Origin: Squalus acanthias
Lineage: Eukaryota
NCBI GenBank assembly: GCA_030390025.1
Contig: CM059425.1
Span: 171,184,001 to 171,248,000 of the forward strand
Length of the DNA: 64,000 bases
Direction: 5' to 3'
In this document: piece after piece, positions 25,632 through 36,865 of the stretch
Layout: each line of letters begins with the position of its first letter
How positions within the stretch are numbered: the first letter of the stretch is position 1
Program-made: the position numbers and the translations under genes
Notes under the pieces: generated by a model
Told to the model about the DNA's origin: nothing
The model's database searches: none
Seen by the model: the letters and a program-made list of their open reading frames with translations, nothing else

Positions 25632-26630
25632 TGCTACAAGCTTTTACGTATGCAGACGACGCTTGCGTCTGCGCTCACTCGGAGGTCGAACTCCAAACCA
25701 TCGTCAACACCTTCACCAAAGCGTACGAGAGCATGGGCCTTACACTAAACATCCGTAAGACAAAGGTCCTCTACCAACCTGCCCCCGCCACACAGTACTG
25801 CCCCCGATTATCAAAATCCACAACAAGGCCTTGGACAACGTGGACCACTTTCCATACCTCGGGATCCTACTGTCAACAAGGGCAGATGTCGACGACGAAG
25901 TCCAACACCGCCTTCAGTGTGCCAGTGCAGCCTTCGGTCGCCTGAGGAAGAGAGTGTTTGAAGACCAAGACCTCAAACTCGGCACTAAGCTCATGGTCTA
26001 CAGAGCAGTAGTGATACCCGCCCTCCTGTATGCTTCAGAGACATGGACCATGTACAATAGGCACCTCAAAGCACTGGAGAGGTACCACCAACGCTGCCTC
26101 CGCAAGATCCTGCAAATCCATTGGCAGGATAGGCGCACCAACATCAGTGTTCTCGCTCAGGCCAACATCCCCAGCATCAAAGCTCTGACCACGCTCGATC
26201 AGCTCCGATGGACAGGCCACATTGTCCACATGCCCGATACGAGACTCCCAAAACAAGTGCTCTACTCGGAGCTCCGACACGGCAAGAGAGCCCCAGGTGG
26301 GTAGAGGAAACGCTTCAAGGACACCCTCAAAGCCTCCTTGGAAAAAGTGCAACATCCCCACCAACACCTGGGAATCCCTGGCCCAAGACCGCACAAAGTG
26401 GAGGAGAAGCATCCGGGAAGGCGCCGAACACCTCGAGTCTCTTCGCCGGGAGCAAGCGGAAGCCAAGCACAAACAGCGGAAGGAGCACACGTCAACCCAA
26501 CCACCGTCTGCCCCACCTGTGACAGAGACTGTAGGTCCCACATTGGACTCATCAGTCACCTGAGAACTCACTTTTAGTGTGGAAGCAAGTCACCCTCAGT
26601 TCCGAGGGACTGCCTAAGAAGAAGTAGAAG
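25632..26630 (+). mobile_element. RTE (BovB-like) LINE, 5'-truncated
   Basis: YADDACVCAHSE..GLTLNIRKTKV..FPYLG..LLYASETW..CLRKIL..CPTCDRDCRSHIGLISHLRTH; (AAG)n tail; candidate TSD AAGTGTTT at 25624-25631 and 26631-26638. Confidence 0.92.
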
Positions 26631-27148
26631 AAGTGTTTCCTAATTTCACTCCTGAAAGGACTGGCTCTAATTTTTAGACTATGCCCCCAGTCCTAGACTC
26701 CCCAACCAGCAGATATAGTTTCTTTTATCGACCCTATCTGTTCTCCTTGATACCTTGAAAACTTCGATCAAATCACCCCTTAACCTCCTAAATTCCAGAG
26801 AATACAACCCTAGTTTGTGTAGTCTCTCCTTGTAATTTAACCCCTAGAGTCTGTGTATCATTCTGGTAAACCTACGCTGCACTCCCTCCAAGGTCAATAG
26901 CCGGGGCGGGAGAAGTTGTACAACTCTGTCAGGATGTCGTACATGTTACCACATCTCCACAATGGCTGGCAAGTGGACCAGGCCATTCTGTCGGAGGAGG
27001 ATCGTGTCGTCGTCATTCGCTTTGGTCATGACTGGGATCCAACTTGTATGAAGGTGGATGAGGTGTTGTACAATATTCCTACGGTGTGGTGCCCAGAACT
27101 GCTCACAGTACTCCAGGTGTGGTCTAATCAGGGCTTTTTATAGCTGTA
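26631..27148 (-). mobile_element. CR1 ORF2 C-terminal fragment hosting the TXNL4A piece
   Basis: Minus strand YKKALIRPHLEYCEQFWAPH..[insert]..LEGVQRRFTRMI..LGLYSLEFRRLRGDLIEVFK. Confidence 0.85.
26900..27077 (+). pseudogene. TXNL4A: Captured 5' fragment of thioredoxin-like U5 snRNP protein Dim1 (34-nt leader plus 48 codons)
   Basis: ATG 26934: MSYMLPHLHNGWQVDQAILSEEDRVVVIRFGHDWDPTCMKVDEVLYNI, essentially the conserved Dim1 N-terminus; no downstream part of the gene is present. Confidence 0.93.
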
Positions 27149-28339
27149 CCCTTGTCCATTTTTCCTTTCAGATACCCAAGAACTTCAACCTGCATAGGCA
27201 GTGGAGGAAGAGCAAGAAGACAGTGAAGATGAAGACACACCATCTCTCGACTTCTCAGTCGCAGCCACCAACTCAGGTACAGACACTGTGCATAATTAAG
27301 AGGATGGGATAGAGGTGAGATCTGCATGTGATGAGACACCGGGCACAAGTGCGCTGAAGCCAGGGCGGGGGGAAAGGATAGCGTAGGTGCCAGCTCTCCG
27401 GCGGGTGAGGTCGGACACTAGTTCTGCTGCAGAGGACTCAGATGATGACTTCGATGGGCCAGGCTACAGAAGAAGGCTGATGGGTTTACACACCCAAATG
27501 TTTGATGCACTGGAAAGCCTGCGTGCAATGTCAAGGAGCATGTAGGAGTCTGGCATCAACTTTGCACAGGGCTTTGCGCAGAGCTTGGAGCCCATCCTTT
27601 CCAACATGGAACAGGTTGCCACCTCCATTAACACACCTGTGGAACCAACCATGATGCAGCGTCTGATGGCCGATGTCTCAGCTTCCATTGCAGCACAAGC
27701 AGCAGCCACCCAACGTCTGAGTGCGGCAGTGGAAGCTCAGACTGGTGTCATGCAATTAGAGCTTGTTGCCATAGAAGCTTAGACTGCTGCTATCATGGCT
27801 CTAGAAACCATCGTTCACAGCACTCCAGCAATCTGCTCTCCCAAAAGATTACTAGGATTGCTGAGACGCTGCCCCGGTGGAGTGGCAGTGGCTCCGTGGA
27901 GCATGAACCTGCTGTCCTCTCTCTGGATGACAGCATTCGTCCTCCCACCACTGCCACTCCGCCAGTGCCCTTGGTGTTGCCTGTCAGCCAGCCAGCCCAG
28001 ATTGCTGCAGCCCAGGCCAAGATGGTGCAGTCTGCAGCCAGGCCTTCTCGGCCCAGAGCTGCTCGAGGTCACCCTCCAAGATCATCTGAAGTCCTCTCCA
28101 CTGAAAGTCAGCAGCCTTCCACCAGCTGTGCTGTAGTCACTGGGGTAGCACCTCGTAGGAGCACCACGACAGGCACTAAAGGAATGCACAAGGGTGATTA
28201 CTTTATTTTTGTATGCACTATGGCATGATTAAATTTTACATTTGGATTCGAATGTGTATTTTGTGTTGGCTTTTATTTTTGCATTGTGGGAAAGAGGATA
28301 ATCTGACGGTCAGTGACAGAGGGAAGGTAATGAGTGTGG

Positions 28340-29465
28340 GACTGTTGTTCACGTAGAGCCTGGGCAAAATGTGGCTGTCTAGGTTGCAGCCTCCTCCTCT
28401 TCCTCCGTCTCCTCCTCCTCTGCCTCCTACTCCTCATGCTCCTGCTCCTCAGCTTCTCACCTGATAGGTGGTGGCAGGGACTGTTCCCTCATGATGGCAA
28501 GGTTGTGCAGCATGCAGCATGCCATGACACATCTTGAGACCTGCTCAGCTGAGTACTGCAGGGCTCCTCCAGAGCGGTCCAGGCAGCGGAATCGTTGCTT
28601 CAGAATGCCAATGCTCTGCTCTATCAGATTTCTTGTGGCAGCATGGCTCTCGTTGTATGCCTGCTGTACACGTGTGCATGGTTTGCGCACCGGAATCATG
28701 AGCCATGTCGTCAGCGGATAGCCCTCGTCACCCAGTAGCTACCCTTTGGTTTGCCATGGTGGCTGAAATACAACTGGCACAGAGGACTGTCACAGAATGA
28801 AGGCATCATGACTGCTGCCAGGATACCGGCATAGACCTGCATGATGCGCTCCCTCTGGTCGCACACCAGCTGGACGTTGAGGAAGTGAAATCCCTTTCGG
28901 TTCAGAATTAACATAATCGCACGCAGTCAGTGGCACCCTGCACCATGGGGAAGCCTGCAATCCTAGCAAACCCTCGTGCTCGCTCCGCCTGCTTCTCTCT
29001 GGCAAGAGGGAATGAAATGAAGTTATCTCTCATTGCATAGAGACCCTCAGTGACCTCCCTTATGCAGCCGTGCATTGAAAACTGAGAGATGTTGTTTATA
29101 TCTCCAGTAGTAACTTGGAAGGAGCCAGGCACTTGAATGTTCAGAGCCACAGTCACCTTGACAGCCACAGGCAAAGCGGTCCTTGCCCTACTCTGAGGTT
29201 GGAGTTGTGGCTGCACCAGGTGGCAGATTTCAGTGACGACCTCTTTTGTGAAGTGCAGATGTCTCAAGCATTGGTTGTGGCTGAAGTTCAGGTAGGAGAA
29301 TTGCTCCCTAAACATCCTCTGCGGATAAGGCCTCCTGCTGAGAGCCCTTCTGCCCTTCCTCCCTCTTCTAGCAGCTTGTCCTGCTCTGCGTGACCTCTGC
29401 TCATTCTCCCAGTCATGCTCAATGTCAAGAGGAAGGCCTACTGGTCCACCGATGTCTGGGAGCAA
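28340..29465 (-). pseudogene. Harbinger DDE transposase (HARBI1-like), frameshifted
   Basis: ALSRRPYP..LPVAVKVTVALN..GFPMVQGATDC..NRKGFHFLNVQLVCD..PGSSHDA..YNESHAATRNLIEQSIGILKQRFRCLD..CCMLHN. Confidence 0.9.
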
Positions 29466-29621
29466 CTGGTCTGTGCAGAAGCCTTTAAGCTACCAAAAAG
29501 GTACTTCAACACCTGCCAGACCACTCCCTGTAGACTACTGAAACTTTAACCAACTATAGAAAGCACCCAAAACTTGCACACTGATTGACATCATGATCTG
29601 TATGCAGCCAGCGGACATTAG

Positions 29622-30065
29622 GGGCTGGATTTTCATTGACCCGTGGAGGCAGGTTTGGAGGCGTGTGGGGGGTTAAAATTGCGAAAACTGGCGGGTGGGC
29701 ACAAGTCCGCCTCCATCCCGCCTCCACGCAATTTTCATTAAATCGTGTCTGCTGGTCCCGACTCCATCCCGCCTTTAAGAGGCGGGATAGGCTGTTAAGG
29801 CCCTTAACAAGCACTAAATTGTCTCTATAATGCCATTTTGAAAGGCCTTTGTGATTTTAACCCTTGATCTACATGAAGCACGCCTGTTCTGAAACACGAT
29901 TGTGAAACCTGGCGGGAGCACATTTGGATAGCTGACTATCAGCTGCAGGTCCACTATTACAACGGAGATGTGATGAAGGTAGTAGTAGTATTAGGTCTGA
30001 AAGTCGCCTCTGATGCTGCTACATTGAAGGTCTTCAGAAACTGCCTGGCCTTTGCTGTGAGAAGA

Positions 30066-30101
<36 letters not shown>

Positions 30102-30361
30102 TGCTGCGCATTTTGCATCCACGTCCTCTCACAGCAAAGGCCAGGCAGTCTCTGACCTGCAATACAGCAGCAATGATGACATCATCAGAGGCGACTTTCA
30201 GACTGAAACCACTAATTGGTTCATGGGTTCCCACATGCTGGAACTCAATTGCCCAATTAGGTGAAAATTGCATCAATCTCCCACATCCAATTGCAGTCGG
30301 GTGGATAACACGAAATGCGGATGACACGACCCCAACCCGCCCCAGTATCAAAATCCAGCGC
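29622..30361. mobile_element. Harbinger-type MITE with internal hairpin
   Basis: TIR GGGCTGGATTTT / AAAATCCAGCGC; 3-bp TSD TAG (29619-29621, 30362-30364). Confidence 0.85.
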
Positions 30362-31198
30362 TAGGTGCGCGCACGCTAACCCCTTTACCAATATGATGTC
30401 CGGCACATTTCGCGTCAGAAGCGCGCGAGGCCATTTTGGAACCTTAAGGGACCTCGAAGCACCCAAAAAACAGCACTACCAAGCCCAATTTCACCCCCTA
30501 TGTCTGTGTCAGGCATCTGACAGACAGGCTAAGCCATTCAATTCAAATACAAGCAGCTTCTGGGTTTTATTTGTATATGTGCTTCAGTGGCATTTCATTT
30601 TGAGTTCAAGAAACACATTTAAATTTCCTTTGCCTGACCATTTAAAAAAACATTTTTCAGCCTGTTCTGGTCAAATGGAGTAGCCTGTCTGAATATTGAT
30701 CAATCAGCCAGAGAGAGACACCATGGGTGGTCAGCATCAAAATGCCACGCTAAGGTTAATATTCAGGGGCCTTGTATGCAGTCCAGTTTACATCGTACTT
30801 TGGCGCAGCTGTTGCAATTGTTTGTTATTTTCTGTCTACCAAAAAGAGATAGTTAAGCCTGTGACAACTGTAAATCTACAGCGTCTCAATGCTTCCACTC
30901 ACTTCTCCATTTATTCTTTAATAAATCTGTTTGTCAGTTTATAGTCGAAGCCACAATCCAGCGAAGTGCTTATTTTACTGTCTTGCAAAGTCAACAAAAA
31001 ACAGGTGAAGGCACATTATATTATGAGTAACTGAATTACGTTCACAAGGGCATTCTGTTTGATCCCTAAATTTGCTACAAATTAACGAGATATTGAGCAG
31101 GTATAGATGCACTCTAGTTCATAGGGAGTGAGTGCTTACCTCTGGAAATGGTCTGGAGTAAAGCCCCAAAAATGTAAGAGCAGGCAGCCCTCGAGTAT

Positions 31199-32245
31199 CA
31201 ACAACAACGTGTAAAACGTCCAAAGTGCTTCACAGGAGTATTTTAAGACAAAAATTTGACACCGAGCCACATAAGAAGAAATTAGGGCAGGTGACCAAAA
31301 GCTTGGTCAAAGAGGTAGGTTTGAAGCAGCAACTTAAAGTAGGAAAGAGAGGTAGAGAGGTGAAGAGGTTTAGGCAGGGAATTCCAGAGCTTAGGGCCTA
31401 GGCAGCTGAAGGCACGGCCACCAATGGTTGAGCGATTATAATCAGGGATGCTCAAGAGGGCAGAATTTGAGGAGCGCAGATATCTCGGGGGGGTTGTGGG
31501 GCTGAAGGAGATTACACAGATAGGGAGGGACGAGGCCATGGAGGGATTTGAAAACAAGGATGAGAATTTTGAAATCGAGGCGTTGCTTAACCAGGAGCCA
31601 ATGTAGGTCAGCGAGCACATGGGTGATGGGTGAACGGGACTTGGTGCGAGTTAGGACACGGACAGCCGAGTTTTGGATGACACCAAGTTTATGTAGAGTA
31701 GAATGTGGGAGGCCAGCCAGGAGTGCGTTGGAATAGTCAAGTCTAGAGGTAACAAAGGCATGGATGAGGGTTTCAGCAGCAGATGAGCTGAGGCAGGGGC
31801 GGAGACGGGCGATGTTACAGAGGTGGAAATAGGCGGTCTTAGCTTTGCCACAGATATGTGGTCAGAAGCTCATTTCAGGGTCAAGTATGACACCAAGGTT
31901 GCGAACAGTCTCGTTCAGCCTCAGACAGATGTTAGGGAGAGGGATGGAGTCGATGGCTAGGCAGCGGAGTTTGTGGCGGGGACGAAGACAGTGGCTTCAG
32001 TCTTCCCAATATTTAATTGGAGAAAATTTCTGCTCATCTAGTACTGGATGTCAGACAAGCAGTCTGACAATTTAGAGACCGTGGAGGGGTCGAGAGAAGT
32101 GGTGGTGAGGTAGAGCTGGGTGTCGTCAGCGTACATGTGGAAACTGACGCTGTGTTTTCGGATGATGTCACCAAGGGGCAGCATATAGATGAGAAATAGG
32201 CGGGGGTCAAAGATAGATCCTTGGGGGAGCCCAGAGGTAATGCTG
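31199..32245 (-). mobile_element. L2 LINE 3' part
   Basis: PQGSI..LFLIYMLPLGDIIRKH..HMYADDTQLY..LQLNIGKTE..GGRAFSCLGPKLWNSLP..TYLFDQAF; (TTG)n tail. Confidence 0.9.
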
Positions 32246-32289
32246 CGGGCGTATCCTACCAGGTGGTCAATCTTTATGTATATGGTTAT

Positions 32290-32535
32290 AAAGACAGTGT
32301 CTATTTAATTGCAGGGGTATCACAGCCTAGCCCAATCTTGCCCTCATTGAACAAAGTCGGACAGAGATTGCTGTATAGTGGTAACTATGGCCGATATTCT
32401 CCTCCCCAGCCTATGGGCAGTGAGGTAAGGTGCCCTACCACTGCTTCAGCTGAGCACAGACCAGGGATCAAACCAGGAGTCCTCCTAGTCTGCATGACTC
32501 AGTTACTCTATCATAACGAGCTGAACCATCAGGTA
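32290..32535 (-). mobile_element. Unclassified old SINE-like family (other copies ~13340-13445, 35965-36240, 41345-41600, 41805-42100, 54965-55290)
   Basis: Shared motifs GAGTTAGCTGA.CTCAGC, TTGGCCTCAG..CC, GGCT.GGCTGTGAT and CTGTCTAGGCTCACACATGA recur across copies. Confidence 0.6.
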
Positions 32536-33348
32536 ACCCAGAGTTGGAGTAAAGTCAGTCAGGCTTTTATGTTGTCAAAGTTAAATTTGGTAAGTTACAA
32601 AATTGAGAGAAAATTGACAGAGATGCTGATGAATTGAAAACTAACCTGGTACTGAAGAATATGATCAACCCATGGCCACATTGTCTAGGATTTATTTGAA
32701 GGGAGCTCAGATGACATTCTGGGGTTTTGATGGACTCGAATTGGTACATCTGTAAAATCGCAGCAAGAGTCAGTTTGATACATCAGCCCAGAATTATCTC
32801 AGGGCTCCACTAGACACCCACCATACCTCCAGCAGAACCCACTCTAAAATGGCTGGGCCGTTGATTTTCTGGTTGCCCTTGTAAGGGGCGGAACCTCTGC
32901 TCATCCTTAAACGGGCAATGACATTAGGTGTTGGCTGTGGGGCAGAGCCGGGGAGAGGGGCTCCCTATGCTAGGAGTTCCTGCTTCGCAAGTGAACCTCG
33001 TGTAGGACTAGAGGCCGGTATGTCGAGAGAGATGAGGTGAACCAACCTCCAGATGGGTGCAAGTGGGTCTCACTGTTGGATTCAGGCCAGTGAAGTTGCA
33101 CGGACCCCATAAATCTTTTAAAAACACATCTGGATTGGCCCCCTTACACAGGGGTCAAGGGAACTGGGCAACATCTCCCAATTGGTGACCAAGCACATGA
33201 ATATTCTGGCTGCATGGCAAAGGCGGACACTGATGAAGTGTCCTCCCGCTGACCCCACAAACTCTAGTAGGGTCAACGCTGGAGGACACCAGCAGGCGCA
33301 ATCCTGGCACAACCACCAGGATCATGGCCCGTGGATTTTCGGGTCTTC

Positions 33349-34727
33349 TGGGGGGAATTTTTCAGGGGCCCAGCAGGTGGTGGGGCGGGTGGGAAAAACA
33401 TTTTTTTGACAGCGGTAGGAAACCCACTGTCAACCCACCGCCACGTTAGTTTCCCAGATGTTGGGTCTGTCAGCGCTGAACAGACCCAACTCCAAGCGGC
33501 AGGGGAGACAATTTAGGTGATTAAGACCTTGTTAACAGCCTGTTAAAGAGAATTTTGAGCTCACTTTAACATTTTACAAGGTCGCCCATGGGTTCCACGC
33601 TGCTCGGGGATCAAATCAGATAAGGAGGTCAGAGTTGTGTCACCATGAACTGATCTCTTTACTTGACAGCTGCAAATGTGGTATAAAAGCTCCCATCTCA
33701 CAGCTGTTCACTTTCCAAGCTCAGAATCCGTTGCTTACTGCATTTGGAAGACAGATTGCGCTTTATGCAGGTTGTAAGTGTTTAGAGTAAACTCTGTATC
33801 CAGTGTCACCTCATTGGAACAACCTCTCTCACCATTGACAGATTGCTTCTGTCATCTCAACTTCACCTGCCATCTTCCAAAGGTGCACACAAATCTGTCC
33901 AAGAATGCAAAGTGTTGAAAATAAAGGTTTCAATGTTTGCCTGCGCATTAACAGAAACTTCACATGAACATTGGCTAAAACACACAAGTGCCTACCCTTG
34001 TGTGTTGTTAGTTGGTATGACTGGACTAGGATGAGGGTGAGTGTGAGGGGTGACTAGTGAGATGGGGAAGTGATAATGTAGATAGAGAGGGATGGGTGGA
34101 GGTGCAAGGTATGTTGGTGTGAGTAAGGATGTACAGGAGTAGGGTAGGGAAGGCAGAGTGATGGGGATGTGATGAGTGCCACAGCGGGATGAGGTTGAGT
34201 GTGGCTTTGCAGTAACGTTTTGTGATCTACTGAGATCATTGAAAGGTTTGCGCCACTGCAGCCAGGGACTCCTGACGACATCCCTGCTTGTGCCCTCCTG
34301 TGCAATGTGCAACCAGGCTGCGTTGATCTCCTGGGGAGGTCTCTTCCATCCATTGGAAGGGAAGAGAACCTCCCTGCGCGCTGTGACTCCCTCCATAAGC
34401 ATATGGAGGGAGTCATGGGAGAGCCTGGGTGCAGCCGTGCACTTCTGTGCAGTGTTTGCAGTACCTCAATGCTGTAGAACACTGACAGCACAACTGTCAA
34501 AATCAATTTGCGCATTTTCCCTTTAAGGAAACTGGCTGATGACACATCATCGAATGACGTCATCAGACCCGCTTCCTTCAATTGGCCGGGAAACGCGCTG
34601 GGCTGGCTTAACAAGCCCAATCAGGGGAAAATCATTTTGGACAGCAGGCTGGAGCTGGCAGCGAGGTCTCAACCCGCCACCGACCCCGGCCGCACTGGAC
34701 CCACCGAGGTCGGGGAAATCGCTGCCA
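33349..34727 (-). mobile_element. Non-autonomous Harbinger derivative retaining Myb/SANT exon 1
   Basis: LMEGVTARREVLFPSNGWKRPPQEINAAWLHIAQEGTSRDVVRSPWLQWRKPFNDLSRS (~34225-34400); GGGGGAATTTTT-like left end; no transposase. Confidence 0.65.
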
Positions 34728-34737
34728 TTGTGTTTAC

Positions 34738-35640
34738 ATTACGCCATGTTCTTCGCAGCCTTCAACATGTCATCGATGACGACGAACACCTTGCTAAAGC
34801 CATCCGCACGCCTCCACTACTCGCTTTCAACCAGCCGCCTAACCTCAAAAGTACCATAGTTCGCAGCAAATTACCCAGCTGTCAGGAGAACAGCGACCAC
34901 GACACCACACAACCCTACCACGGCAACCTCTGCAAGACATGCCAGATCATCAACACAGATACCATCATCACACATGAGGACACTACCCACCAGGTACATG
35001 GTACATACTCATGTGACTCGGCCAACGTTGTCTACCTCATACGTTGCAGGAAAGAATGCACCGTGGCATGGTACATCGGCGAGACCATGCAGACACTGAG
35101 ACAACGTATGAACGGACACCGCGCAACAATCGCCAGGCAGGATTGTTACCTCCCAGTCGGGGAACACTTCAGCAGTCAAGGATATTAAGCCTCAGATCTG
35201 CGGGTTAGCGTTCTCCAAGGCGGCCTTCGAGACACACGACAACGCAAAATCATCAAGCAGAAACTGATAGCCAAGTTCCGCACCCATGAGGACGGCCTCA
35301 ACCGGGATCTCGGTTTCATGTCACGCTACAGAACGTGACTCGACATCGTTGTCTGGTTCACAGTTTTTTTTAAAAAGTAAAAAGCTTAACTGCAGACTGC
35401 AGCATTTGACACGTTGGACCCCCTGTGATCCACCTCATTGTCTTAGCTGTACTCTGCTGTGTCTTTGATGTAATGCCTCCCTGACAGATTGTATCTCTGC
35501 AGACACATTGTTCTCTGTCTATATATACTTTGTAATCGATTTGTATTCCCTCACTGTACCTGACGAAGGAGCAGAGCTCCGAAAGCTCGTAATTTTAAAT
35601 AAAACTGTTGGACTATAACCTGGTGTTGTGCGACTTCTCA
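34738..35640 (+). mobile_element. Penelope-like element 3' part (GIY-YIG endonuclease plus pLTR)
   Basis: PPLLAFNQPPNLK..CKTCQII..SCDSANVVYLIRCRKEC..WYIGETMQTLRQRMNGHR..PVGEHF..(stop)..LIAKFRTHEDGLNRDLG. Confidence 0.92.
35557..35591 (+). ncRNA. Minimal type I hammerhead ribozyme motif
   Basis: UAC-CUGACGA-A-GGAGC(AGA)GCUCC-GAAA-GCUC/GUA; predicted cleavage after 35588. Confidence 0.75.
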
Positions 35641-36427
35641 TTTGTGTTTACGTTTGGATGGGGAAGATAATGGTTTTGGAAATCAAGGTTGAATATGGAT
35701 TCAGGTTTATCTCAGCAGTAGGGAGGGAGTTTTCCTGCATGAAGAATATAGTTAAAATAAATCCTAATCAGGATTTGGACCATAAAAAGCCAGGGTTTTG
35801 ATTCGTTGGCATTTTCTCTGGCTTTGGATACTCTGGAGGGAACGATGGCAGTTAAGATAGGGTTAGTGCAAAGCAAACCTGTTTAAAATAAGATAAACAC
35901 CACCAAGGCTCCTCTGATGTCTAAGTGAGTTTAGACAGTAAATAGTTGAATCATGTCAACCAATTCAATCCTTGGTCTGAACTCAGGTTGCTGAGCTCAC
36001 CCAGGACAGCAGTAGGGACATTGTAATTGGTCTCAGCATCCGTAGTGCAGAAACTCAGCCAGGGTAACCTCTGCTAGAAGTGTGTGTGTGTGTGGACGTT
36101 GGGTAAAGACAGCCTTGGGCTTGGCTATGATGCCTCCCATGACCAAATATCCTGCTGACACTCACTGTCAAGGCTCACACACGAACAATGGGCATTTGGG
36201 CAAGGTACGACATTCTCATGGAAACATACCCGAGCAAAGAGTCAACAACATCAGGGGAGGAGATGGTAGAGGAGAAAATTGGAGAGCAAGAAAAACAATG
36301 GTCTGGATTTTCCGGGGCTTATGACCACATACACGGCCATAAATGCCCCACAAGTTCCGGGTTTCCGCGTGCAATGCGCATGCGTGAAAACCCAGAACTT
36401 GCGATCTGTCAAGTTTCAGCTTGACAG

Positions 36428-36865
36428 ATAAGAACATAAGAACATAAGAAATAGGAGCAGGAGTTGGCCATTTGGCCCTTCGAGCCTGCTCCACCATTCA
36501 ATAAGATCATGGCTGATCTTCTACCTCATCTCCACTTTCCTGCACTATCCCCATATCCCTTGATTCCCCTAATATCCAAAAATCTATCGATCTCCGTCTT
36601 GAATATACTCAACGACTGAGCCTCCACAGCCCTCCGGGGTAGAAAATTCCAATATATTCACCACCCTCTAAGTGAAGAAATTTCTCCTCATCTCAGTCCT
36701 AAATGGCTGACCCTTTATTCTGAGACTGTGACCCCTGGTTCTAGACTCCCCAGCCAAGGGAAACATCCTCCCTGCATCTACCCTGTCAAGTCCTGTAAGA
36801 ATTTTGTATCTTTCAATGAGATCACCTCTCATTCTTCTAAACTCTAGAGAATATAGGCCTAGTCT
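36428..36865 (-). mobile_element. Short 5'-truncated CR1
   Basis: (TTCTTATG)n tail; LGLYSLEFRRMRGDLIE..RTEMRRNFFT. Confidence 0.9.

Larger units (their letters stand above)
25432..28200 (+). pseudogene. Harbinger Myb/SANT-partner gene, exons 2-3 (exon 1 deleted)
   Basis: Acceptors TCTTGCAG|GAGAAG (25432) and CTTTCAG|ATACC (27172) match element D; MMQRLMADVSASIAAQAA segment present. Confidence 0.75.
24955..30498 (-). mobile_element. Harbinger/PIF element B with nested RTE, CR1, TXNL4A piece and MITE
   Basis: Transposase on minus and Myb exons on plus. Terminal regions are homologous to element D (GGCCATTTTGGAA, AAATCAGCCGCG); right end AATTTCACCCCC. Confidence 0.8.

Noticed and set aside
26916..27143. 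Functional TXNL4A gene
   Set aside because: Only the first 48 codons are present, with no splice donor; the frame runs into antisense CR1.
36428..36455. Short tandem repeats (ATAAGAAC)n here and (TGTTCTA)n at ~62853 as a CRISPR-like or novel array
   Set aside because: These are standard CR1 3' tails with no spacers.
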